A DNA stretch of 63,870 nucleotides, filler included, from Craspedostauros australis (Eukaryota): assembly GCA_030167865.1 (NCBI GenBank). It is 11 parts of 11 records of this genome, joined end to end, with 100 filler letters (N's around TTAATTAATTAA, not from the genome) between each part and the next. Parts side by side here need not be neighbours in the genome. Positions count along the whole stretch, not along the records: positions 25,004 to 30,224 come from JALAGF010002081.1; positions 30,325 to 32,922 come from JALAGF010002082.1; positions 33,023 to 34,374 come from JALAGF010002084.1; positions 34,475 to 35,510 come from JALAGF010002085.1; positions 35,611 to 46,678 come from JALAGF010002087.1; 6 more parts are not named here. One strand, given 5' to 3'. The notes under the pieces are model-generated. The model saw only the letters and a program-made list of their open reading frames with translations. It ran no database searches and was not told where the DNA came from. Shown one piece after another: positions 25,005 to 36,727 of this stretch. Numbering within the stretch: the first letter of the stretch is position 1; every line of letters starts with the position of its first letter. The position numbers and the translations under genes were made by a program.

Positions 25005-25292
25005 TGCGAGTCGCGACTCATCGAGGACACCCTTTCGGTGACCAAGCACGCCGTGACCTTCCGCTTCGAGGAGGACTTGACATTCCGTGGTCCATTCTCG
25101 CCCAAGTGCTTCCTGAGCGGAACCGTCGTCATGAAGCGCTGCCCAGTGTCCGGACTGATCAAGTCATACGAGGAGATCTGGGACAAGGATGTGTCAAGCA
25201 TCGTGAAGTCTGCGAAGCTTCAGGGTGGCAACCGCATGACCGACCTCTTCATGGCTCGTCTTCAGTCTTCGGATGACAGCGTCATGGCATAA
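25005..25292 (+). CDS. 3' fragment of an NTF2/SnoaL-like (DUF2358-like) protein
   Basis: FRFEEDLTFRGPFSPKCFLSGTVVMKRCPVSGLIKSYEEIWDKDV resembles the C-terminus of SnoaL-like folds. The 5' end lies in the gap. Confidence 0.4.
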   Translation, partial: CESRLIEDTLSVTKHAVTFRFEEDLTFRGPFSPKCFLSGTVVMKRCPVSGLIKSYEEIWDKDVSSIVKSAKLQGGNRMTDLFMARLQSSDDSVMA

Positions 25293-25645
25293 ACAAATGC
25301 GCTACAACACCACGAGGCTTGCTGTGAATCCTCGCGCATCCTCGTGCACATTTTCGCACATCTCCACACACACACACACAATTTTTCACGCAAGGAAGTG
25401 AATCTCATCACGACCGAGCATCAACACCAATACAGCAACCATACAGCACCCCATACACCATAGAACATAGAATACAATAGAATACATGCAATAGAATACA
25501 ACAAAGAATTCAATACACAATCGACCACTCTACAAACATCATCTTGTACTCGCAGAGCATTGAGCAGTCTACTCTCTGGTTTGATGTCAAATCCACAGCG
25601 ACAAGAAGCGACAACCATCACCAACTCATCCCCAACCAAGTTACC

Positions 25646-27294
25646 ATGGATCCGCTTCAGCTCATCAAGTCGGTGTGTACTCCACCGGACTCCTCATCTT
25701 CTCGATCACCATCGTCTGTGGACTCATCTTCAATGAGCAGACCAAGGTCTCATCCGAGGTCCACCCAGTGGTCGCCGTCGTCATCATAATCGCCGCCCTC
25801 GTCTGGCTCAACATGGTGGAGGGAGGACAGGGGTCCCTCGTCAGTCTCCCACCAGTCGACCGCGACCTCTACGTCGAATCCCACCCAACCGCCCACCAGT
25901 GCACCTCCCTCGCCCACAAGGGTGACAACCTCGACCGCCACCTCATGGGACGTCAGTTCATGGTCCTCCTCATGGTCTTCACCATCAACCAGTGCGGTGC
26001 CCCGCTCGCCGATGCCGAAGTCTTCGGACTCCCAGACATCATCATCCAGATCTTCCTCGGATCCGGAGCCGCCATGATCCTCATGACTGCCCAAGCCGGA
26101 CAGCTCAACTCCCAAGTCAATGCCTCCCTCTGCATGCTTGACTACATCATCAACTTCTTCGCCGTCTTCACCCTCTATGTTGCCCTTGCCATCGACTTCT
26201 CTAGACTTCTGCATTCGTGCTACCTCGTCCAGATGTTCTTCGTCTGAGCCTCCGGCAAGGAAATCGAGCCGAAGGAACCACCACGTGACGGTGCCCAGAA
26301 CCTCTTCTACTGGGGCTGCATCCTCATCTCCCTCGCCATCCTGTGCTACGCCATGGTCGTCACCCTGATTGCTCTCTTCGATGGAAAGACCACCATGTGG
26401 GCCGGAGTACCAAACGGAGTCGCCGTCATCCTCTTCTTCCTCTTCATGTCCATCGTCGGTATGCTCGAGGGTATGCAGATCGCCTTCTTCGCCGTCGCCA
26501 AGCTTCCAAAGGAGGACCGTGGAGACCACCCAATGGCCCGCAAGACCTGCGAGCTCCTCTTCCGCGGTGACGGACGCAACCTTCCAGGATTCATGATCGG
26601 GCATCAGATCTGCGTCATCATGTGCTTCTTCATCATCGCCCGTGTCACCACCCTCGATGTCGAGGTCGGAACTGGCGAGAACATCTTCAGAGTCTCCGAC
26701 AGCACCCAGGAATTCTTCAACACCAGACTTCTCGGAGCCCTCATCACCACCATCATCGCCTCCATCACATGGCAGCTGGTCGCATCCGTCTTCCCCATCG
26801 CCTTCCTCTCCAACCCAATCGTCTACATCTTCCTCCAGTTCTGTCTGTTGTTGGAAGCCACCGGCATCTGCTCCGGAGCCTGGGTCCTTGCCTCCGTCCA
26901 CAAGGCCGTCTCTGGCTTCCAGCTGGATGAGGTGTACATCGGCATCCCAGAGGAGCGCGCCGCCAGCATGAAGACAGACCACAAGAGCAACCGCAACCTG
27001 CACCTTGGAACCAATGTGCTTGTCGGCGAGGCCGGTTCAACCGCCGTCCCACGCGAGTACCCCGAACTCCAGAAGGCTCACGCTGCACAGAATGAGCCGT
27101 ACTCCGTCCGCCGCGAGCGCATCCTGTCGAACATCAAGGGACTCCGCGAGGAGATCAACGCCTGCAGCAACGAGGATGCCGCCGTCTTCGAGTCTGCCCT
27201 TCGCATGGAGACTGCTGCCATGAACAAGCTGAACCAGGAGGAGGGGAACGACAGTGCCGCCGAGAGTGACGAGGAGATGGGTGTGCAGAGGTAA
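25646..27294 (+). pseudogene. SIT: Silicon transporter (SIT) pseudogene or disrupted allele
   Basis: SIT motifs EGGQG, MGRQ, CMLD, EGMQ, IG(R>H)Q, about 10 TM helices and a C-terminal coiled coil. Disrupted by a 2-nt frameshift (gtgtgtac) at ~25675 and an in-frame TGA at 26245-26247. Confidence 0.9.
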
Positions 27295-27731
27295 GCACGT
27301 TGACACTTGGTGCATTGAGGTGCAACTACATCGCGCCGTACCAATCCATCAACACACCCTCACATCCACACATACATCACGCCGTCATCGGTATCTTTGA
27401 GATTCATCGCGAATCTCAGACCACGGCGCCGCTTGTTTCCAAGAGAGGAAAAGCGCAATCGCATGCCATACACGGAATCCGCCACAACACATCGCAACAC
27501 AGTACAATGCATGGGTTAGACAGAGGTGCCATGAACTTGCAACACGAAGTGACGTTGAGCACACAAAAGCATACCATCTTCTCATAGTGCAATATGTGTT
27601 GTTCACTGAACATTAATAGTAACACGACTGATTTACATCAGCGATGGATGTGAAGCACTTGACAGCTGCGAAGCGAGATTCCATTGACGGGTGGGTGGTT
27701 GGTTCTTGTCCAATTTGAATCCATGCTCTCT

Positions 27732-29906
27732 TCAAGCAAGAGTGGTCACGTAGTCGACAACATCAGTGTGGCCCCATTTTTCCGCAATGTCCAGCGCAGT
27801 GTCGCCATCGATATTCTTGATGCTGATGTCTGCGTTGCACGATTCCACCAAGTACTTGACGACCTCCAATCTACCATTCCAACTTGCCCGCCAAAGTGGT
27901 GTACTGCCATTCTTGTTTTGAATGTCGATTTCTGCGTTGCCTTGTTCAACTAAATACTTCACGACCTCCAAGTTGCCATGAATGCTCGCAAGGTGCAGTG
28001 GAGTGCTGCCATACTTGCTGGTTTTGATGTTGATATCGACCTTGCCTTGTTCAACCAACGACTTCACAACATCGAGATGACCATCAGCACTGGCGCGATG
28101 GAGGATGGTGGAGCCATCCTCGTCTTTCACGTTCAAATCGACATTGGGTGTTCCGATGAGATACTTGACAATGTCGACGTGATTGTTATGATATGCCTTG
28201 AAGATTGGAGTCTCGTGTTTGTCGTTCTCAGCGTTGATATTGGCCTTGCCGGATTCAACCAGCCACTTCACAACATCGAGATGGCCATTGCCACTTGCGA
28301 GATGGAGCACGGTGTTGCCATCCTCGTGTCGGGAGTTGGGATGCATGCTTGGTGTTCCGATGAGATACTCGACAACGTCGAAGTGGCTGTTGCGATATGC
28401 CTTGTAGAGTGGAGTCTCGCACTCATGATTCTCAGCGTTGATGTTGGCTTCGCCTTGTTCAACCAGCCACTTCACAACATCCAGATACCCATTCTGACAT
28501 GCGAGATGAAGCACGGTGTTGCCATCCTCGTGTCGGAAGTTGGGATATATGCTTGGTGTTCCGATGAGGTACTTGACAATGTCGAAGTGACTGTGACAAT
28601 ATCCCACATAGAGCGGAGTCTCGCACTCATGATTCTCAGCATTGATGTTGGCTTCGCCTGATTCCAGCAAATGCTTCACAACATCGAGATGCCCATGCGC
28701 GGCTGCAAGATGGAGTGCAGTATTGCCAGCCTTGTTCTCGGCGCTGACTTTGATGATCGCTTTGCCTGAGTCCACCAAAGGCTTCACCACATCCAGACGA
28801 CCTTCAGCACTTGCGCAGTGAAGGGCAGTGTTGCCGTCGTTATTCTTGGCGTTGCCATCCACCTTCAGATCGTCTGACTGTATCAAGTACTCCACCACAT
28901 CCAAATGACCTCCAGCACTTTCGCAGTGAAGCAACGTGTCGCCATTCTCGTCTTTGGCATTGATGTCCACCTGACCTGACTCCACCAACCATCTCACAAC
29001 ATCCAGATGACCTTTGGAATATGCAGACTGAAGAGCCGTGCCGCCAGCTTCATTCTCAACATGAACATCTGCCTTGCACGACTTCACCAGATACTCTGCA
29101 ACATCCATATGCCCATTTCTGTAAGCAACATGAAGCGCGGTATCGCCGTCATTGTTCTGGACGTCGATGGCCACAGTACGAGCCTCCATCACATACTTCA
29201 AGATATCAAGATGACCCTTCAGACACGCATTGTGGATCGCAGTATTGCCAAATTCATCTTGAACATTGATTTCCACTCCACATGATCCAACGAGGTACTC
29301 CACAACATCCAAGCGTCCATGAAGACATGCGGCATGGAGGGCATTCTCACCCTTCTCATCTTGCACGAGAGCGCTTGCAGAATATGACTCGATCAGAGTC
29401 TTCACGATGGCCACATGACCCTCGGTACATGCGTCGTGGAGTGCTACCTTGCCGAAGTTGTCCTGGAGGTTAACATCTGCAGCATGCGACCCGGATAGGT
29501 ATTCCACGACATCAAGGTTGCCCTGTGCGCATGCATAGTGTAGCGCAGTCTCTCCATCCATGGATTGGGCATTGACGTCTGCTCCGCATGACTCCATCAA
29601 CTGTTGGATCGTTTCAAGCTGGCCGTTGGAGCATGCGAGGTGGAGCGAAGTCTTGTCGCGGTCATCCTTGATCGTGTCGATGAAGGTTTGTGGAAATGCT
29701 GTCTTCCATGCGGTGAGGATGTCCACATCTCCTTGTTCTGCGGCGCGCAGAAGATCCTGGTCGGTGACGGTCGGGTTGGATGCATCACCAGGGGTCGACT
29801 TGAGCGAAAGGAGAGATGACCATTTTGCGGTTTGTGTTGACGAAGCCCGGAGGTTGCGCAATGGTGAGGTGGACAGTATAGCGAGTCGTGGAAGGATGAA
29901 GACCAT
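27732..29906 (-). CDS. Ankyrin-repeat protein (roughly 19 repeats)
   Basis: Continuous G.TALH.A...G.LDVV.YLV repeats. The likely start MVFILPRLAILSTSPLR (29906) is followed by an S/R-rich leader. Confidence 0.9.
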   Translation of the reverse strand: MVFILPRLAILSTSPLRNLRASSTQTAKWSSLLSLKSTPGDASNPTVTDQDLLRAAEQGDVDILTAWKTAFPQTFIDTIKDDRDKTSLHLACSNGQLETIQQLMESCGADVNAQSMDGETALHYACAQGNLDVVEYLSGSHAADVNLQDNFGKVALHDACTEGHVAIVKTLIESYSASALVQDEKGENALHAACLHGRLDVVEYLVGSCGVEINVQDEFGNTAIHNACLKGHLDILKYVMEARTVAIDVQNNDGDTALHVAYRNGHMDVAEYLVKSCKADVHVENEAGGTALQSAYSKGHLDVVRWLVESGQVDINAKDENGDTLLHCESAGGHLDVVEYLIQSDDLKVDGNAKNNDGNTALHCASAEGRLDVVKPLVDSGKAIIKVSAENKAGNTALHLAAAHGHLDVVKHLLESGEANINAENHECETPLYVGYCHSHFDIVKYLIGTPSIYPNFRHEDGNTVLHLACQNGYLDVVKWLVEQGEANINAENHECETPLYKAYRNSHFDVVEYLIGTPSMHPNSRHEDGNTVLHLASGNGHLDVVKWLVESGKANINAENDKHETPIFKAYHNNHVDIVKYLIGTPNVDLNVKDEDGSTILHRASADGHLDVVKSLVEQGKVDINIKTSKYGSTPLHLASIHGNLEVVKYLVEQGNAEIDIQNKNGSTPLWRASWNGRLEVVKYLVESCNADISIKNIDGDTALDIAEKWGHTDVVDYVTTLA
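28070..28740 (-). repeat. ~3 tandem 204-bp units (two ankyrin repeats each) inside the ankyrin gene
   Basis: ttccgatgag recurs at 28151, 28355 and 28559 (period 204), with near-identical 68-aa peptide units. Confidence 0.85.
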
Positions 29907-30387
29907 GATGGAGCTGGCGTGTTTCGAGATGGAACGGCTTGTTGCTGAGATCAGATCAATGCGACGGTTTTTTCGATGTGATTTGAATGATTGTTTGGCT
30001 GGTCGTAGTCGCTTGATCGCATCTCTGTTTGCCTTTATGAGGCTGGTGGTCTGTTTCATGGTCATTGCTGGTGGTATCCCGTGCTCCGTTTCACCCAGCG
30101 TGCATGGCATTCCGTTGATGACTGTTTCACGATGTTTTTCGTTTCACATTGTTACCGTGATGTCGCTGTGATCACCCGATCTACTTTGGCATCAACGTGA
30201 ACATCAGCTTGAGCATTGGCTTGANNNNNNNNNNNNNNNNNNNNNNNNNNNNNNNNNNNNNNNNNNNNTTAATTAATTAANNNNNNNNNNNNNNNNNNNN
30301 NNNNNNNNNNNNNNNNNNNNNNNNGGCAACCACGGTGCAAACAACAATGACAACGATAATGACAGCAGAACCAGCGCAGATGGATTC

Positions 30388-31886
30388 ATGGGCTTCATTC
30401 CCTTGTTGGAAAAGCTCGTCATCTGCTGGAGCATAGTCATGGTGATCCTCTTGACATCCGTGTTGTCCTACGGACTGTTCGATATCGTTGTGATGCCATC
30501 CCACGACATCACGATGCCACTCTACTTCGATTCCACTGAGATGTCCATCCATCCAACTGAACATCATCTCGTGCAACAATGGTGGCTGGNGCAGCAGCAG
30601 AAACAGATGCGAGTGCGGATGAGGGAGGACGGAAAGCACCAAATGGAGAAAGAGGGGTTACAAGAATGCAAACAATATGAGACAGATATAGCCATCATGA
30701 CAGCAGCAACAGCAGCAGCAGCAGCAACAGCGAGAGCAGTCATGAAGCTGGCGTCGAGTCGCAACAGGAGACAGTCTCCCACTCATCACCACCACCATCG
30801 CATGGGCAAGCTCAAGCCCAAGCACAACCTCAGATGCCACCGCAGAACCAAATACCCAATCTTTCCGTCGATCAGCGGCGTGCCTTGCAACGATCGCCTT
30901 GAGCAACTGCCGATCTTTTCACCAAGCGCACGCAATGGGAACCATACCTTGACGGTCATCACCCCAAACCACGATCTCGCTCCGAGTTGAAGGCAAACCA
31001 ACCGTACGCCATCGAAATCGCGCTGGAACTTCCAGAATCGCTGACCAACCGAGAGTTAGGCATCTTTGGCGTGCACGTGACATTGCAATCCGCAAATGGA
31101 ACGGCCCTTGCAATATCTGTGCGATTCACGCAACACCCGCACGAAAGTGACTGGATATCGCTGATTCGAAAATGGACACTACTGGTGCCACATCTCGTCG
31201 GTGCTATCCTAGAAAATCGAACCACCGTGATCCCGTCGTATCATTACGTCATGGAACGAAATCAGCATCCGTTATGGTCCATCACTGTTCGGTTAGTGAG
31301 TAGAACTACAAGGCGGCGGCGAACACAACGCGCGAGCTCTCCAGCAGCGTCGACAGAATGGACACCGTCTCATGATGACGATCTCTACAATGACGATGTG
31401 CAAGTCAGCACAGCGCACGTCCGTACTGGAAGAGAGCTGAAGCCGTACCAGTACGTTCTGAAGCACTGATTCTTAACGTGTGCGATGATTGGCATCAGCG
31501 CCATCTTCGTATTCCAATCCACCTCTGTAATCCTGCTGATGTATCTGTGGGAACGCCGACGGCAAGGTCTTGAAGAAAGAGCCAGCGATGCTTCGCTCCA
31601 ACTGGAACTGGATGAGTCGTTAGATTTTCACGACGGCAACAATGGTGGGGTCGGGGAACATGATGACACTGATGATGGACCCTGGTTGAGCACCTTGGTG
31701 GATGGGGCGCAGGCGCCGCCACAGTCGCAGGCGAATGCCGTAGTCAGTGAGGATTCCAACGGCGCCAATGGCCAAAACACCGACGGTGATTCGACCAGTC
31801 CCGATGTCGACCCCGATATCCACTCCGATGCTAACGCTGAGACCTCCCCTCGAAGCGAGTCTCCAACAATCATCGTGGATGAATAG
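30388..31886 (+). pseudogene. Seipin-like (lipid droplet biogenesis) gene, disrupted
   Basis: TM1 followed by PLYFD. Lumenal domain LKANQPYAIEIALELPESLTNRELGIFGVHVTL...HESDWISLIRK, then TM2 and an acidic tail. Frameshift near 30680 and in-frame TGAs at ~30900 and 31467. Confidence 0.75.
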
Positions 31887-33789
31887 ACCTATTGTTGGAT
31901 GTTGGATGTTGGATCGTTGGGAAGACTTCGCTGTGGGCAGCGACGGGAGATGCATGGTTCGAAATTCGCCATCGGAGAACATCACACTTTGTGCTCGCAC
32001 CATGAGTCGCCCACCCGACCATGCTCCGCCGCGTGCAAACTCTACTCTGGTCCACTTGAGCGTGCGCCATCCCATCCTCATGCTGAATCAAGGTGAGAAC
32101 GCGCGTTTCATCGATGGATCACTTTTTGTCGGAATGCCAACGAATCTTTCGCAGTTTGGGCACGGTCAGAGACATGAGGAACATGGAAAGCGTTGCCTGT
32201 GGTGCATGAACGGCAGAACAACCTCCGCAACTTGGGACAAGAACGGCAATTTCAGTGGCGATGGCTTGATCATCTCCACAACAAGCAAGATCGCCTCGCA
32301 CTGGTGAAGTGTCATGTGTGCATACCACATGGTACGATACCGTCGAGATATCGATATCTTTTGGCGCACGCCCCAAAGCAGTCGAAGACGTGCGAGCGTC
32401 TGACGACGCGCTTGTACTCCTGCTATTTCGGTACGTGCGCACGTTCCGCTACAGATAGATATCGCGAAGTTGATGATGCGAGACCATGAATCTGGTGTCC
32501 AACCATGCGAAAGCGCGAGCATCACCAAAAGATGAAAACGTGGGATCTGTTTTCCCGTCTATCTCTTCTGCTCATGCGTGCAGATGAATGGTTGATGAGT
32601 GACGATTGCGTTTGACTTCTCTATTGCGGTATGTGGATATGCAACGCGATGACTAACATTAGTGATTCCGTTTCCATCTGACCAACAGACCAAGTCTCTG
32701 GTCCTCTATTCCATATGTATTAGATATGATACATACTAAATCATACTCCTGCATCAAGAATGCTTCTTTTGAGAAATGGGCTTGGTTGATTTGCTTGATT
32801 TCGATGGTGCTCGCCTTCTCCGTTTCTTCGTTGCAGGCGGCAGTCTCTCATCTCTCCTTGCCCGAGCGAGATCCATCTCGCGCTTCTTGCGAAAGCCATG
32901 CGCGGCCTTGTCCCGTGCTTCCNNNNNNNNNNNNNNNNNNNNNNNNNNNNNNNNNNNNNNNNNNNNTTAATTAATTAANNNNNNNNNNNNNNNNNNNNNN
33001 NNNNNNNNNNNNNNNNNNNNNNATTGGGCTGCTACTCCTTGAGTCTGCTGCTATCAATGTTGCACAAAGATGGATGAGAGTGACACCCAGTGCATAGTGA
33101 TGTGGAGAGTGACGATTGGTGGTTGGTCATCAGGCCACCTCGCATTGTGGTGATTTTTTTGCCGTGCGATACTGCTGGTGGATTCCTCGCGCACTACCCT
33201 GCAAGCAACTCTCACTGATGGGAATCAAACGCATCACATCATCAAGAAGGTACATGGCTTGGGTCAGGAACGATACTCGATCGTCCCTGGTGGGATTTTG
33301 ATGAGTTCAATATAACAGTAGTACAAGCCAACAAACCAGAAGACAAGGACTTGTTCTGCCAACCAAGAAGACAGTGCGCTTTGTGGACCACCGCAGCAAA
33401 GTGTGACGAGAACGAACAACACCAACACACCGCCGTCGCGAGGAAATCCCATCTCCACACCCGCGACAATGCGGGACTCAGAGATGATCGATTGCTCTCG
33501 TGAACCAACTCGGCATTCTTGTCCTAGTCGTATGAGTCGAACATCTCGAATCGCGTTCCATCACGTGTGGCGAACTGGCAACTGGTAGTTTCTTGTCATT
33601 TGTGAACAGACTCCGACACAAAAAACGTGATTTTCTCTATTTCCGACAACTCCCAGTGGTGGAGGATACAGGATGGGCAGAAATGATGGACATGGAAAGG
33701 CGCAACTTGTGAGATGAAGATTGAATGCAGACTTTTCAATGATCGATCTTTCCATGCATGACATCGCGGAGACACAAAGCAAGATCACT

Positions 33790-34374
33790 TACGCTGTTGT
33801 ATTTGCGATTCTTGTACGGCCCTCTCCAAGCACCCCTCCCACGACCGTAGGAGGTGTGTTGCGTGCGGCTGTCTGCACGTTGCTTTGCCCGGATTGCCTC
33901 GATTTGTGACAATCGTCGTGCATTGGCAATCAGCACGCTGTTCAAATCACGCGCTGGTGGCTTTTTGCTGGCAAGCGACGTGCCTTCTCCACCGTGCTGG
34001 CTGACTTGCGCTGATCCTCCGCCAGTGCCAGCGATGGACGAAGAAAGCGTACTGCTGCTCGCCATACTGGAGACTCGGCTGTGTGTCTCCGATTCATGAG
34101 ATTTCAACACATCGTCTGCGTCGCCATGCCACGTTATGCTTCCCTTCTGAGCGTAGGGGTTGCGGGTAATCGTGGTGTTGGTGGAGGCAGAACTCTGCGT
34201 TACCTGGCGCTGATCGTTCGGGAATGCACCATCATCCTTCATCAGACCAATCCGGCTGTCCCGCATTCCCAAATCGGCCGTCGCGCCTTGGTGTTTCTTG
34301 GCACACCGCTTCATGTGAGCAACACGGTGCTTGATCTGCAGCAGCGACTTGCCACATATGAAGCAGATGCTGTC
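33790..34374 (-). CDS. Partial exon encoding a UBZ-type zinc finger and low-complexity region (possibly SNM1/DCLRE1A-like)
   Basis: CFICGKSLLQIKHRVAHMKRCAKKH (CxxC..HxxxC), ending at a GTAAGT donor near 33790. No convincing downstream exon was found. Confidence 0.4.
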
Positions 34375-34473
34375 NNNNNNNNNNNNNNNNNNNNNNNNNN
34401 NNNNNNNNNNNNNNNNNNTTAATTAATTAANNNNNNNNNNNNNNNNNNNNNNNNNNNNNNNNNNNNNNNNNNN

Positions 34474-35510
34474 NCGATCTGAAGTTCTCGGATAGGATCG
34501 ATCCCATCATGTTCACCCATATTGGTCTCAGCACTCCTTGTGCGACTCCTGGGAACAGACTCACTCCTGCTTCCATCACTGCATCGAAGATGAGTTGCTT
34601 CTGGATCACCAATGCTGTTTCTGTTGCATATGGGACGGTGTCATGACGATGGAGGTAGTTGGACCTGTTGGGATCCTCGATTGGTGGGAAGTCGATGTTC
34701 CCTGGGTAGACGACGCGCTCGTTTGGATTGAAGCTGTCGTCTGGATGATTGCCGTCCTCGGATTCGTCGCTGTCATCCTCGTCGAAGATGCCCGATCTGT
34801 TGTTCCCCGCCGCTGGAGGAGGCGGCGCCGCGGCGTGGCGCGTTTCGCCTTGATTGATGAAGGTTCCCGTTCTCTCGTATCTCCCAGCTTGAGGAGGAGA
34901 CAACTCGTTGCGGTTCGCCTCGTCGTCTTCATCTGCGCCGTCCTCGTCGGCGTCGTCGCCGTCGTCGTCATCGCTCATGGCCTCTTCGATGTCGCTATCG
35001 TTGACCTCGTCCATCTCAGCTTCGTCGCCGTATGAACCGATCAGGTCGTGCGCGTTGAAGCAGCATTCGTAACTTACTTCGCGTCTTGGATCCACCTCGT
35101 GGATGATGGGCTCCTCGTTGAGCCACTCCGGAACGATCTCATCGTCCTGCACTTCGTCGTCACTTCCGACATACTCGAAGTTATCGAAGAAGGAGTCTTC
35201 GATGTAGTCGTCGGACACCAACATGCAGAGCGGCATGTCCTTCGCAGAGAGTACCATCTCGTGTCCGCTCTTGTCGTGTCCTTCCGTAGCCGCGTTGGCT
35301 TGTTCGTTGTTCTTCTTGATCTCGTTGAACTTCTTCTTTCGGCACTCCGCCTCGCGATGTCCGAAGATGCCGCAGTAGTTGCACTTGCCCTTGAAGCCGC
35401 TTCCTTTGTTGCGCTTTCCGTTCATCTTGTTGTTGTTGTTGTTGTTGTTTTTCTTGTTGTTCGATTTCTTGCGTTCTGGGCAATCGGCGGATCTATGGCC
35501 ATACACGCCA
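34474..35510 (-). mobile_element. Second copia (CoDi-like) gag fragment
   Basis: Two CCHC knuckles (GHRSADC; FKGKCNYCGIFGHREAEC), then EQANAA/EMVL motifs and an acidic spacer, as in the element at 20159-24903. Confidence 0.75.
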
Positions 35511-36218
35511 NNNNNNNNNNNNNNNNNNNNNNNNNNNNNNNNNNNNNNNNNNNNTTAATTAATTAANNNNNNNNNNNNNNNNNNNNNNNNNNNNNNNNNN
35601 NNNNNNNNNNCCACCCATCGCATGAGCGCAGGATAGGTGGCTATTCTTCGCGAGAGTGTAGCAACCGGTGTCAATGAAGACAGTTTTGGCGCCTAATCAG
35701 GAAGCGATGTTTCCTCGCGAGGATAGTACGCGATGAAGTGACGAAAAACTTGCAACTGATATATCTTTGGAGGAAGTGAAGGACGAAGACCAATACTACA
35801 TGGGGAGGTAAAGGAGAGGATAATGCGTCTATTGAAAGCAACGGCACGATGATCCGACATCAGCGCGAGGCACAACCTTGTATCAAGTAGAGAGACTCAG
35901 GTGAGCAGCCCAGTCCGAATCAACAACACGTAAAAACGCACAATAATTTTTGGCGCGAGCTTTTGTGCGTTCACGGATCGATGATCATGGCTGTCACGAG
36001 CATTAGTGACTGACTTTAAACACCCAAAGCAACACACAAAGGTATCCTGGACCGCTGACCAACACACCACCCGAAGCAGAATGAAGTGACGAATTCAGCC
36101 ATGCCATTCACTTGAACAATAGACGAAACAGAATTGGATGCGGGTCTTTGGAAGGCCATCGGCCGAGATTGGACCAAGAAGCAATAAATTATTGTACCAG
36201 AACGTCGTAGACTCTACG

Positions 36219-36515
36219 TGGTTACCAATGGTTACCAACGAAAAAATTCCGAAATCANGTCCGTACGTCGTCCGTNTGAAAAAGGCCGATAAAGGGTAAA
36301 AAGAGGCATCGAGATGAACATGAAGCGGAGACCGTTTGCCAACAATGAAGACATCAACAGATAGCTCTCACTCTCCTCTTTCTAATAATGCAAAGATGTC
36401 GGTCAACGGCCATCAACTCATCGAATGGTTGCTTGTGCCGTCGGCGATATGCCAATGGTTACCAATAATTACCAATAATTACCAAAAAACCGGAAATTAG
36501 CCAATAGCCACTAGA
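36219..36515. repeat. TTACCAA-type short repeats near a possible DNA-transposon terminus
   Basis: tggttaccaatggttaccaa at ~36219 and tggttaccaataattaccaataattaccaa at ~36456, ending at ...aatagccactag (TAGTGGCTATT on the minus strand). Confidence 0.4.
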
Positions 36516-36727
36516 GAGAGACACGTGCACTGCGCAGTGGCACGTGTTGCAGTGTTTATCATCCAAAATCAGTGCGAGCATTGTGTGGCATAGCACTATT
36601 GTATGTACTATTGTATGTACTCTAGTATGTATGGCATGCGTAGGACGAGTGTTAGACCAATGTTCGTCATTCGGCCTATTTTTTGTGGATGCACAGGGGA
36701 CTGTGCCATGTTTGTCTCGCGTCTCGT

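Noticed and set aside
12754..27294. Apparent 'silicification cluster' of secretory SET protein and SIT
   Set aside because: Separated by three assembly linkers and TEs, so linkage is unproven, and the SIT copy is broken.
26245..31469. TGA=Trp recoding suggested by in-frame TGAs in SIT and seipin
   Set aside because: Both genes also have frameshifts. Intact genes in the window use TGG for Trp and TGA as stop (e.g. CHD, AKR).
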